Source: Eledone cirrhosa
Lineage: Eukaryota
Reading direction: 5' to 3'
NCBI GenBank assembly: GCA_964016885.1
Contig: OZ024762.1
Coordinates: 310,001 to 374,000, forward strand
Length of the DNA stretch: 64,000 bases
Part shown: one piece after another, positions 37,959-50,251 of the stretch
Layout: each line of letters begins with the position of its first letter
Position numbering within the stretch: the first letter of the stretch is position 1
Made by a program: the position numbers and the translations under genes
The notes under the pieces: model-generated
Database searches by the model: none
The model's input: the letters and a program-made list of their open reading frames with translations, nothing else
What the model was told of the DNA's origin: nothing

Positions 37959-40900
37959 TTATTTCATCTGTGGAATACGGCTTTTAAATGGCATCGGTAA
38001 CCTGAAAGATAAAACGGGGAAAATATATCTGCTGGGTGTATATATGTATATACATGTGTGTGTGTGGGTGTATATATATGTGTGTGTGTGGGTGTATATA
38101 TATATATGTGTGTGTGGGTCTATATATATATGTGTGTGTGGGTGTATATGTATATATATATATGTGTGTACTTATGCAGATACATGTATATGAAAGAAAG
38201 AAGGGAAAATATATCTGGTGTGTATGTATATATGTGTGTGTATGTATATAGGTACGTGTATAGTGGTGGTGATGTAATAAAATACACTCAATAGAACCTT
38301 GGTAGAATGTAGGAACATGTAGAAGCAAAATGTAAGGCCTTTGGCCCATTTGAGCAGAGGAATGCCTATTAGCACGATGTAGTCCCCTATCTGAGCACAT
38401 ATAGAGCATGGTAACACGGGGTAGAACATGGAAGCGAGATTACCTGTACAGGCAATATTTATTAGAATGCTAAAGTGTATATATATTTTTGCGGACACCC
38501 TGTATATGTGTGTGTGTATATATATAAGCAGGTAGCTACAAGAGAAATATTTGATGAGAAAATATCTTACTTTGATCTTGTGGCTGGCGCTTTTGCAGGG
38601 AGATTGCTAGAGGCTGGCGCTTTTGTAGGGAGATTGCTAGAGGCTGAAATAGGGAATCAAACATTTCTTTTAGAATATAAATAATAGATACATGTTAATT
38701 CTATCTCTCTGACACAACACACAAAGACAGTTTACACATACATTACACATACTCAAACACACACAGATTATACATAAAGGTGAGGAGTTAGGTTAGTAGA
38801 GGAGAGTCAGTGTCCATGTCCTATATCGGTCACATATCCAGACTAGAGAAATTTATAGTTTTAAAGAAAAAACCCAAACCCTTGGGTCGACATGGAATTT
38901 GAACAATATATTTAGTTCGATGCTCGACAGATTCTGTTTAGAATGAGGTTAAAATGAAATATGTTTATAACATACTTTTCATGACTGGCTTGTGAATAGC
39001 TTTGATGGGACCTCTCTGAAAAACTTGGTGTGGGGCAGCAGGTTTAGCCCCACTCAGTGGCACCAAAGGAGACTGAAGTTTCACTGGTGCTGCATGTTGG
39101 GATTTCACTGGTGCTGCATGTTGGGGTTTCACTGCTTCTTTACAATTTGATGGCTGGGGGAGAGAAAAAACAAACAAATATCTCATCATCATCATCATTA
39201 TCAATTTGATGTAAACTTTTTTATGCTGGTATGGGTTGGATGTGACTTTTTGAAGCAGTGTTTTACACCTGGATGCCCTTCCTGGTACCAACCCTTTTAG
39301 TCGCTTCTTACATATAGAGATATGGTGTACCTATTCTCAATCAGATACATGCGCTTAATGGCACCAGCACTACTACTTTACAGAGTGTACTGGGTGTATT
39401 GTACAATGACACCAACACTACCACTTTACAGAGTGTACTGGGTGTATTTTATTGTGTCCTTAGCCAGGCAATGTGAGGAATGAGAAAGAAAGAACTCACT
39501 GGAATCCTGCTGGTCATATTGCGGGTCATTGTAGGTGTCGACATGAGGCATTTCCGCTTTATACTGGAACAAGAACTTTCTGCATCAGCACCCTTCAATT
39601 AAATCAATATAAAAACAATTACTCTTGGGTCCCAAATAACAAAAGAAAAAGGGGTTGGAATAAGTGGGTGGTGTGGTGTGGAAAATCAGTCATTTTTCTA
39701 GGATGTCTCTGTTTATTTTTTTTTTTTAATCAGAATTAGTCCTTCAACCCTTTAGCATTCACATTACTCTATATTTACTATTGAATGTTTGCGGTAAAGG
39801 CTTTAACTCACATAATATTGAATCTATGAGATTTTGATATTATTCATTTTTAGAACAATACCTTAACATCAGTATGAGTGGCTGGTTTCAGCCAGTTTGA
39901 ACTGAAAGAGGAGTATTAGAGTTTCATTTGATATATATAAATATATTCTGATTCCGCCCTGCTCATCCCTTCAATCTTTCTAATTTCTCATTCTTTTTCC
40001 TGATCAAGGACTATGTTAAGACCCTCTTCCTGCTATTTCAAGCGTTAACCTAATATATTCCTTCCATATACTGTACTGATTATGTTGTTACTTCTGTTTA
40101 CCTTTTACATACATACACACACATATATATATATATATATAAATATACACAACGTACTGTAGTTGGGTATATTAGCATTTCATTTGATATATACATACAC
40201 AGAAATTAAAAAATTGACTTACTTTCACTGATGTGGAGACATTTGGAGTTTTCTTGAGGACTTTGCTGCGGGGAACAAGCAAACTGGATTTTGTTGTCTT
40301 CACAGTAGTATTTGATGTGCCTTCGAATTTCACCATTCCATGTTCATCCTTGGGAATATCCAAAGACTTGTTAAATGCCAGGTCAGGTTTTTTCACAACG
40401 TAACTCAGATTGTGTGATATTTTAGAAGAAACACTGTGAGTTAACTTAGAGCTAGCGTTATGTTCAAGACTCTTTAGATCTTTTCTTCCTTTCGCACCAG
40501 CCTCACAATTTGCTAAACTTTTTCTTGTCGATTCCAAAGGTCTTTTCCTTGATATAGTAGTTGGAACTGTCTTTACTGGTTTCTTTAAGGAGTTACTTGA
40601 GGTTTTGGATAAAGATATGTCTTGCAAGTTGTGGTTGTTGGCAACACTGCTGTCCTCCTTCATTACAGTATTTTTAATGAGTGTTTTATTTAACAAGTTC
40701 CCTTTCATGGTAACCTTTAGATCTTCAGCCTGCAGAGAGGAATTTCTCAAGTATAACTTCCTTCCTTTAAGTCGGGGCTCATTTGAAATTAGTTCATCAC
40801 CTCCAACAGTAAACGACTCGTTAAGCTGTGCTCTTCCACTTTCTACAGTAAATGACTCGTTAAGTGGTTTCTTACTTTCAATAGTAAATGACTTGTTAAG

Positions 40901-43688
40901 TGGTTTCTTACTTTCAATAGTAAATGACTCATTAAGTGGTTTCTTACTTTCAATAGTAAATGACTCGTTAAGAGGTGCTGTCTTAGTGTCAACAGTAAAT
41001 GACTCGTTAAGAGGTTTTCTATTACTTTTGCCAGTAAATGATTCATTAAGTGGTTTCTTAGTGTCAATAGTAAATGATTCATTAAATGGTTTTGTCTTAG
41101 TGTCAACAGTAAATGACTCGTTAAGTGGTGCCTTCTTGTCAACAGTAAATGACTCGTTAAGTGGTGGTGTTTTCTTTTTCACAGTAAATGACTCGTTAAG
41201 AGGTGGTATCTTCTTGTCAACAGTGAACGACTCATTAAGAGGTGCCTTCTTTTTAACAGTAAACGACTCTTTAAGAGCTGGTGTTTTCTCTTCAACAGTA
41301 AAAGATTCTGCAGTTTTCTCAACCAGTGTTGGTATTTTCATATCCTGCAAGGTATATAGTTCATCTAAAACTGTCTCCCTGCCCCTAATAAAAGCAGAGT
41401 GATTTGGTGTTGATTGTACGAAAGAATGGTCAGTCAGATACGATATGGAACCATCATCAACAGAAGAGAGATTAGGTTTCTTCAATGTCAGGTCATCAGC
41501 ATCCAGGGTTGAACACTGATCCAAACTAGATTTATTATTGTCAGTGTTAAAGGATCTGTTTAAAACACACTCAGTTCCTTCAACAGCCAAGTTTTTCTTA
41601 TTTTCCAGATCTTTCTCTCTTTTCATTAGTCTAATATCCTGGTATATTGGTTCCTCTCCTATCATTTCTGGTTTATTACCACTAGCTAAGGAGCCATCAT
41701 CAGTAGCTCCCTGGGCTTTCAAACCCTTAACATTCGGAGTTTTCAATAATTCTGAATTTCCAAGTGACATTAAGAAAGACTCATCCTTGTCCAAGGTGAA
41801 TGACAAATTTAAGATACTCTTACGAGAGTCTTTTCCTTCATCGGCCGGTGTACCGAAAATCTTTTTCTTTAAGCTGTCTGAAGTACAGAGTTGTTTTACA
41901 GCCGGGGTAGTGTTTTTATGAACAGATCTTCCCTGATTCAAGCGTTGAGATTTATGTCTCGAAGTTTTTACAGAATGTTCAAGGTTAGCCTCATGTGGCA
42001 TGATATCTGAAGGGGTCAAATCCCCAATTGTGGGGCTATTCATGAACAGATCCTCACAGGTTTCATTTATAAGTAAAGGAAGGTCTTTACTTGGAGACAT
42101 GAATGCATTGAAGCAACGGAGTTTTTTAGGGGAAGGTTCTATGTCATCAAAGTTCAAACACATAGGTTTCACAGGCCCCAGTTGGTCATAAATTACGTCA
42201 CCAACTCTCATAACAGGGGACTCCAGGTAGTTTGCATTGAATTTATTATTACTTCTATTAAGTATATTTAAAGATTTATTTAACCGGTTGTCACTTCGGT
42301 TTGTTATATCAACAAGTGGGGAGGGTTTCATCCCTGAGTTTTGATTCTGGCTCTGTAGCTTCCGTTTTAACTTGGAACTTGCTGTTGGACTGGATGTACC
42401 AATGACAGGGACTCTGCCAACAGATCCACTGTATCCCTTCTGAATTTCTCGTATCCTAGCAACCACCTTGTATGCTTCTCTCTCCATCTCCATCCATTGC
42501 TCCGACGTAAGTTCTGGCAGGGGTTTAACGTTACACTCCTTGCTTAACTCATATGTTACACACTTCTCTTTAAAACCAACATCACCAAAAAACACCTCGT
42601 CGTCTCTGAAAGAAACAAAATAAGACAATCACCATCATCATCATCATCATCATCATCATTTTACGTCTATTTTCTACGTGTTGCCACACACCCAGGCTTA
42701 TATGTCTCATCTTGACATGGTTTCTAGTCGGATACTTTTCCTAACACCAAATATTTTGCAGGGTGGACAGGGTGCTTTTTGTCATGGCAAGAGCACTACC
42801 ACTTTACAGGGTAGACAGGGTGTATTGTATCATGACACCAGCACTACCACTTTACAGAGTGTACTGGGTGTATTTTATTATGGGACCAGTACTACCATAA
42901 CATGCTGATTAGTTGCCTCAGCTTATAAAAGGGGTGTGGATTTTTGTCCATTTCTCAAACATAAAATAAGGGGTCGACTTATATTTAAGTATACACGGTA
43001 GATTATAAAAGAGTCACTCTTACCCATCAGATTCAATGTCAAAGTCAAATACTTCTTTGTGAATTGGAACAATATCTGAAATATATAGAAATTACTTATT
43101 ATACATACATGTGTGTATGTGTATATATATGTGTGTGTGTGAGTCATGGGTTCGATCAGGGTAGCCACAGTAAGTAAGGTACTCAATACATTAGTAGAGT
43201 GTATACAACACATTTAATATAGAAATGGCTTCTACAGGACTAGAACTGTTTCATTTGAAGGAAATCACCAGGAAAGTCCACTCTCATTGTAATGCTGTGG
43301 TATTTGTATATTTTCTGGGGGTTGTGAAAGATGGGTAGAGGTCGTTGGTTGAGGGATCTTCAATGACCTGGGATTCTTTGAAAAAACCAATAACACAGAT
43401 AAGAAGCAGGTTTATATACTTAGATACCTATGGACTCATATATACTAACTCCTATATATATATAGTAATAATAATAAATTTGGAGACTAAAATCCAAAGA
43501 GGGCTCGATAAGGGTAAATATATATAAAATATATAAGAACCGTAGAGCAAATATTTATTAAAATAACAGATTAAAGTTTAAGCAAAGAATCGCTGCTTTC
43601 ACCCTTAGCGGGATCTTTGTTAGTTTCGGAAGATCCCGTTAAGGGTGAAAGCAGCGATTCTTTGCTTAAACTTTAATCTGTTATTTTA

Positions 43689-43730
<42 letters not shown>

Positions 43731-43840
43731 ATGGGAGCTTTCGGAAACATTTTTTCACGCTCAGAGTTGCTGAAGCATGGAAGAAATATATTTATTAATC
43801 TCTTACCTTCAGAATCTGGAAAACTTTGGTATGCCATCAT
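37959..43840 (-). CDS. GTSE1: GTSE1-like (G2 and S phase-expressed 1 / PSRC1 family) microtubule-associated protein, 7 coding exons, about 951 aa
   Basis: Minus-strand exons 43807-43840, 43024-43075, 40223-42605, 39500-39592, 38976-39153, 38571-38643, 37959-38001, all phase-compatible GT-AG. The N-terminus DIVPIHKEVFDFDIESDGDDEVFFGDVGFKEKC...LTSEQWMEMEREAYKV matches the GTSE1_N signature (human DILLLADEKFDFDL...DDEVFFGPFGHKERC...EVYKEAH). The basic S/T-rich tail carries SRIP/SKLP motifs. Confidence 0.85.
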
Positions 43841-43844
43841 TTAG

Positions 43845-43903
<59 letters not shown>

Positions 43904-44172
43904 CTGTATATACAATAAAATACTATATATATGGAAGACGCCGAGTATCCAATAGATAATTATTATAAATACATAGATAGTTAATATATATATACATCGA
44001 CTATATACATATATACAACACTGTTAAGGTGTGTATATAGATAGATGTATAAATATATATATATATATCTCACTCCGTATATATAAATATGTATATCACT
44101 GTCTCTCTCTCTCTCTATGTATATATATAGATGTGTAGGTATATATTGTGTGTGCATATATACATGTGTAGG

Positions 44173-44207
<35 letters not shown>

Positions 44208-44248
44208 ATATATATGTGTAGGTATATATATTATATATATACACAGAA

Positions 44249-44300
44249 TTCAAAATAGAAACCCTGAACAAGTTTAAATCTGACGCGAATCATTTATTGG
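44249..44300 (-). promoter_or_regulatory. CCAAT + CDE/CHR-like cell-cycle promoter upstream of the GTSE1-like gene
   Basis: The minus strand reads CCAAT...CGCGT-caga-TTTAAA...TTTGAA about 410-460 bp upstream of the ATG. Confidence 0.5.
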
Positions 44301-44989
44301 TTGTTTCCCTGTCGTTAACTGGAACAATGTCGTAAACACAAACAATTGACACTAATAAAGTTCATAGAAAATAGATTATAAAAAATAACAATAAAACTTC
44401 ATTTTAATTGTTTATTTGTGTATTTTAAATTCATTTTCTATAAAATTTTAATTTATTTAAATTAATGTCTTTTAAATGTTCGTTTCGATTTCTGATCTGA
44501 AGATTTGAGTTGCCGCAATTTTTGTCAGTTTAGGGTAAAAGTGGTGAAAAGCGGCGTAATTCGTTTTCGCTTCTCCCTTAACCCCATTTTTTTTTCTTTC
44601 TTTTGCTCTGGACTTTATTTTGAACTTTAACAGATGAATAGAGTGTTTGTCTGTGAAACCTATACATATATACACCAGGTCCCAACACAAAGGAACCAAA
44701 CTCCCAGTCACTGCTTCCGTCTCTCACTATTATGAGTGAACAGGAGTCCACGCGGTGGTTGCTCCGCGGCCCCGGCGGACAGAATAACGAAGGCGTTTCC
44801 CCGGAGGGTGACACTAACGGTAATGAAGTGTCTTGCTCAAGGATACAATACATCGCCCCGTTTTTTTTTAGAATTCCAATTATACCCACAACCTTATGTG
44901 GCTAATTGTGACTAGCTAATTAAAAATAATATTAATTTAATGTAATTAGTAATTAGAAGAAGGTAGGTAGATGTAAAAGCCAAACTGGC

Positions 44990-45360
44990 TATCATGAACC
45001 TTGGGTAATGACCGAAAGAATACGATTGCAAATACAAGCGGCCGAAATGGGGTTCCTCCGAAGGGTCTTTGGAGTAACCTTACTCGATAAAGTGCGTAGC
45101 TCGGAGATGAGAGTCACTCCAGGTAGAGCTGCTACTTCTCCGAATTGAGACATCACAGCTCTGATACTATGGACATGTGGGTAGAATGTCTCAGGAAAGA
45201 ATCTCTGAATTGATTTTACTGGTAAAACCAACCAGCAGGAGACCCAGGGGTAGACCCTGAGCAAGATGGTTGGATAACATCCATCAGCTTGGCTGGTCTC
45301 GCTTGGGTATCCAGCTGAATAGATGGAGACAGTTGTTTCTGACAGGACCCGCTGCAAGAA
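44990..45360 (+). mobile_element. Decayed RTE-clade LINE 3' fragment
   Basis: Interrupted frames give WVMTERIRLQIQAAEMGFLRRVFGVTLLDKVRSSE...YGHVGRMSQERI...RRPRGRP..RWLDNI, typical of RTE ORF C-termini. Confidence 0.8.
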
Positions 45361-46130
45361 TAAGTTGGTGAAAAAGACGAGAAGTAATTCAATGTGTTTT
45401 AATAAAATAGAACCAGTAATACACTGGGATTGATGTAAACAACTTTTTCCTTTCAGAATGTCAGCATTTTCTAAGAGCAGAGACATTTGTTAGGGGAGAG
45501 GTTGTGGTATTCTTTCGGCTTTTAATCGAATAATCCTTAGGTCTATGTTAGAAAAATGTATTGTGTTGTAGTTTAATTGAATATATGTATATATATATAT
45601 GTGTGTGTATAAAAGGGTCTGGATAAAGGGGAAACAACCCTTCATTATTGCTACCATGACAACTTGGAAAAGTCTATGGGAAAGAAAACCGTAGGCGAAG
45701 GGAGATAACCGCATTGCACGATGGCATAGTGTGTGACACATATATATATATACAAATAAATATATATATATATAATCGCTATTGTTATAAACACATATAC
45801 ATGAATATATATACATATATATATCGATTTCTAAATTAGGAACAAAGCCAGCAGTTTTAAGGAGCGCGGGAGAAGTTGATTAAATCTACCTCAGTATATT
45901 ACAGGTACTTCGTTTTATCGACCATGGTAGAATTAGTCTGACATAAAAAGGGAAACCGAAATTAAAGGAAGATAACTCCATTACATAGGCAAAAATACAC
46001 ACATATATATATATATACACACATATATCTCTATATATAGAGGAGAGTATTATATATACACACACGTGTATATAACAATAACAACAAAGAAGGAATCTGT
46101 GTGATCTAAAGTATCGAAATATTTCCAATA

Positions 46131-46647
46131 ATGACGATTCTAATCGAACAGCCATCAATAATGGACAGGTTTCTAGAAGCAGGACTCTTTGTAGGAGCAA
46201 TATTTCAATTAATTTGTATATTTGCTGTGATTATTCTCCCCACTAGCACTGACGAAAAGGTATTTAGGCTTCATATATATACACACACTCATATACACAT
46301 GTATATATATATACATGTTTATATATTTATATAGTTTGACATTTAACACTTTGTTCTTTAATAAACAGTTTTATGTTTATATATATTATTTTCGGACCTG
46401 GTGCGTGTGTATATATATATATATACACACACACACATATACACATCTATAAATATACTCATATATTATTATATATATAACTAGAGAGAGATATATACAC
46501 TCATAGACGTTTATATATATAGTTTGATATTTAAGACATTGTTCTTTAAACAGTTTTAAGATTTTATATATATATCCGTTCGGATCTAACTGTCGAAAGG
46601 GCAGGAGCTCAGCCGTCGGAGTCCTGAATCTTTTCATATATATATAC

Positions 46648-46699
<52 letters not shown>

Positions 46700-47287
46700 T
46701 GTTTGAACCTGGTGTATATGAATATATTTATTTACCACACCTCATTAACTGTATATTAAAGACAGCTAGTACAATATGTATGTATATATATATATACATG
46801 TTGGACTATATATATACATATATATATGCGCTGTTCAAACGGCAAGAGCTCAGCTGCCGAGCCCTGACACTAATATATATATATACATATATATATATAT
46901 ATTGTGACTGCCTCAAACAATTCGATTGGTATCTGCTATACTGCGGCTACAACTTCGATTTATATCCATTATATATATGTACATAAATAAATATATGTCG
47001 GATTTTGACAGCCATGACATTTGTGTTTGCAATATCAAGAAGCTGCCTACCTATCTATCTGTCAAAACGTGTGTGTGTATATATATATATATAATTATAT
47101 CTATATATATCTATATATATATATATATATATGGCAGAGGGAGCATTAGACTAATTATGTTGTCCAACCTTCCCTTAATACGACTGATTGAGATTTGATG
47201 TAGATACTCGGCTGTTATTTCTAGCAAATTTAGTGAATCTATTTATATATGTATATAAATATAATTGGTGGTATTTCTTTCTATTTT

Positions 47288-47349
<62 letters not shown>

Positions 47350-49341
47350 GGTGGATACTTGGGGTAGTAGAGTATGGTTATATTATAAAGAGTCAAGACC
47401 CCGACGGCTGAGCTCTTGTCGTTTCTGGAACTAGCTGTTGAAACGACTAGAGCTCAACTGTCGGGGGCCTGGCTTTTTATAATATATATATATATGTATA
47501 CACATACATACATAGGGTGTCCCCCAAAAATGTATACACACTTTGATGACCTGTACATGCAATATTTTGGGACACCCTGTATATATACATATACCCAGCA
47601 AATTGTGTATTTAAAAAGTAATGTTTATATGTAAAGTAATATAAAATATATTTATTATTTGAAATGTTTCGGTTCGTAAAAACTATTAAATCGATAATTC
47701 ATTTCAATTAAAAATATTTCAACGTTGTTTAGTCCTAGGTAAACATATCTCTAATTAAAGGCAGTTCAGTTTTATTTCATGTTGTCTAGTCTATCTAGGA
47801 GTATATTATTCAATGTGTCCCTTCCTTTAGCTCAAGACAGGAGTATATATGTTATGAGGGAGATTTGGCTGCTATTTAGACGGGGTATATATAAAATATG
47901 AGGGAGATTTGGCTGCTATTTAGACGGGGGTATATATAAAATGAGGGAGATTTGGCTGCTATTTAGACGGGGGCATATATAAAATATGAGGGAGACTTGG
48001 CTGCTATTTAGACGGGGGTATATATGAAATATGAGGGAGATTTGGCTGCTATTTAGTCGGGGGTATATATAAAATATGGGAGATTTGGCTGCTATTTAGA
48101 CGGGGGCATATATAAAATATGAGGGAGACTTGGCTGCTATTTAGACGGGGGTATATATGAAATATGAGGGAGATTTGGCTGCTATTTAGTCGGGGGTATA
48201 TATAAAATATGGGAGATTTGGCTGCTATTTAGACGTGGGCATATATAAAATGAGGGAGACTTGGCTGCTATTTAGACGGGGGTATATATAATAAATGAGG
48301 GAGATTTGGCTGCTATTTAGACGGGGGTATATATAATAAATGAGGGAGATTTGGCTTCAATTTCTAGCCAAATCAGACCATACATGTAACTACTCTAACA
48401 GGTTCCGTCTCGTCACCACGTGGAACGAATTTAAATATAAAAGCTAAAATATTTTTTATATAATCCGGTTTCTTTTTGTGTTTCTGAAATATTTTTTAGG
48501 TTTATTAAAATCTTATATTTTAAATATTTACTCGTTATAACCCAACAATTTTAAATAAAACTTTTGCATATATAATATATATATATTATATACGAGCACT
48601 GTCTTATTAGTATAGGTTAAATCTTGCTGATTTCTCATCGCCGCCCGCATAGCTCAGTCGGTAGAGCATCAGACTTTTATGAATCTTTCTCTGAAGTGAA
48701 GTAATCTGAGGGTCGCGGGTTCAAGTCCCTCTGTGGGCGAAGCAGTTTTTTTTTTTTTTTTATTTCGGATCTTTAGTTATTATTTACGAATCTGAAAACT
48801 TCAAGATTTAATTATTTATTATTATTTAATTTTTTTTTTCACACATTTTGGTGGTTTGTGTTGTGTTTAATGGGGTGGGGGGAAGCATTGGCACTAAAAT
48901 CGGTAGAACGCCGGACAACATGCTCTGTCGTATATAGTTATGTCTATTGACGTTCTTAGTTCGAATCCCGCCGAGGTTAGCTATGCCTTTCATCCTTACA
49001 GGGTCGATAAATAAAGTACCAGTAACACACAGGGGTCGATTAATCAACTTTCCCCACTCCCCAGAATTGTTGGCCTTGTGCCTAAATCAAAAACTATTAT
49101 GTTTAACGATTTCATAAGCCAAACTTTAGCTCTACTTTTAAATAATTGTTTCTACTTCAGGCACAAGGCCAGCAACTTACTCAGTGCATTACTGGTACTT
49201 TATTTTATCGACCCCGTAAGGATGAAAGGCAAAGTCAACCTCAATGGTTGATTATCAGAAACTCATTAAAACATGGCATAAATTCCTAATTGTATTTTGT
49301 TGGTTTGGCTACAGCCGATGCTTTGATTTTACTAAACTTCC

Positions 49342-49396
<55 letters not shown>

Positions 49397-49983
49397 CGAA
49401 ACATAAGTCAATTGCATGAACTCATAATCCTTTATATATATATCTTTTCTCTCTATATTTATATAATTTTCTGAATCTATCCTTTGCAATCCTGTCACTA
49501 TTTTTGTACCCTTCGACTAAAACCCAACATGTCAAACTTTAGCTGTTATAGAACGGGGTATACTATCAGACATAATATATGAGTTCAAACATACCGTCTT
49601 CTTCAGAAACAAAGTATATGTATACATCACACACACACACATATATATATATATGGAGGCGCATGGGTTAGTGGTTAAAGCATTGGCCTTGAGTAATCGA
49701 AAGGTTGTGAGTTCAATTCTCAGACTGGGTGATGTTGTTTCCTTGAGCAAGACACTTTATTTCACGTTGCACCAGTTTACTCAGCTGTAGAAATGAGATG
49801 ATAGGACTGGGGTCCATATCATTCCACTGCAAAGTGGATGTGGAGGTGCCACGGCAATAAAAGCACCCAGCACTCACTGTAAATGGGGTTGGTGTTAGGA
49901 AAGGCATCCAGCTGTAGAAATCAAGCTAGAATCAGTTCCCATCCCACCCTTGCAAGCAGGGAAAAGCGGACGTAAAATGATGA

Positions 49984-50021
<38 letters not shown>

Positions 50022-50251
50022 CACATTTCTGCTGTTTCTATGTGAAACCAGGTGGTTGAAAAGTGAACTTTTTAATTGTTTTATTGTTTATTTAAAAGTA
50101 AAATTTGTTAAGACACTTTCAACATTGTTTGTTGTTCCAGAATTTTGAGAAATGTTCAGTAGCCACAGAAGGATTATCAGCATCTAAAGTGGCACCACAT
50201 GAACTTCCTAGTGGCAAGGGTGTACGGAAAAGAAACAAGAAGAATCGATAA
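46131..50251 (+). CDS. MANBAL: MANBAL / UPF0239 small single-pass membrane protein, 79 aa
   Basis: Exons 46131-46259 (MTILIEQPSIMDRFLEAGLFVGAIFQLICIFAVIILPTSTDEK) and 50141-50251 (ends GVRKRNKKNR*). GLFxGAIFQLIC plus a basic C-tail is the MANBAL signature. A probable 3'-UTR intron spans 50265-50888. Confidence 0.9.
47853..48360. repeat. Minisatellite, unit about 43 bp (atgagggagatttggctgctatttagacgggggtatatataaa)
   Basis: About 12 tandem copies. Confidence 0.9.
48643..48739 (+). tRNA. tRNA-Lys(UUU) with a 24-nt intron (48680-48703), nested in the MANBAL intron
   Basis: Acceptor stem GCCCGCA/TGTGGGC, A box TAGCTCAGTCGG, anticodon arm TCAGA-CTTTTA|intron|A-TCTGA, B box GGTTCAAGTCC, discriminator G, then a long T run. 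Removing the intron leaves 73 nt closely matching eukaryotic tRNA-Lys(UUU). There is one C-T mismatch in the T stem. Confidence 0.9.
48746..48761 (+). terminator. Pol III oligo-T terminator of the tRNA-Lys gene
   Basis: Run of T starting 7 nt after the tRNA 3' end. Confidence 0.75.
48885..49100 (+). mobile_element. tRNA-derived SINE, same family
   Basis: ttggcactaaaatcggtagaacgccggac...gttcgaatcccgccgagg...gggtcgataaataaagtaccag. Confidence 0.8.
49655..49987 (+). mobile_element. Second tRNA-derived SINE family with an RTE-like (GAT)n tail
   Basis: Head ggcgcatgggttagtggttaaagc...gagttcaattctc, core tccttgagcaagacactttatttcac, tail ggacgtaaaatgatgatgat. Related heads or bodies lie at 2920-3110(-), 2720-2900, 23280-23445, 42640-42900(-) and 44690-44860. 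Confidence 0.75.

Noticed and set aside
40605-41402. 265-aa plus-strand ORF with TVNDSL repeats
   Set aside because: Antisense shadow of the GTSE1-like coding repeat.
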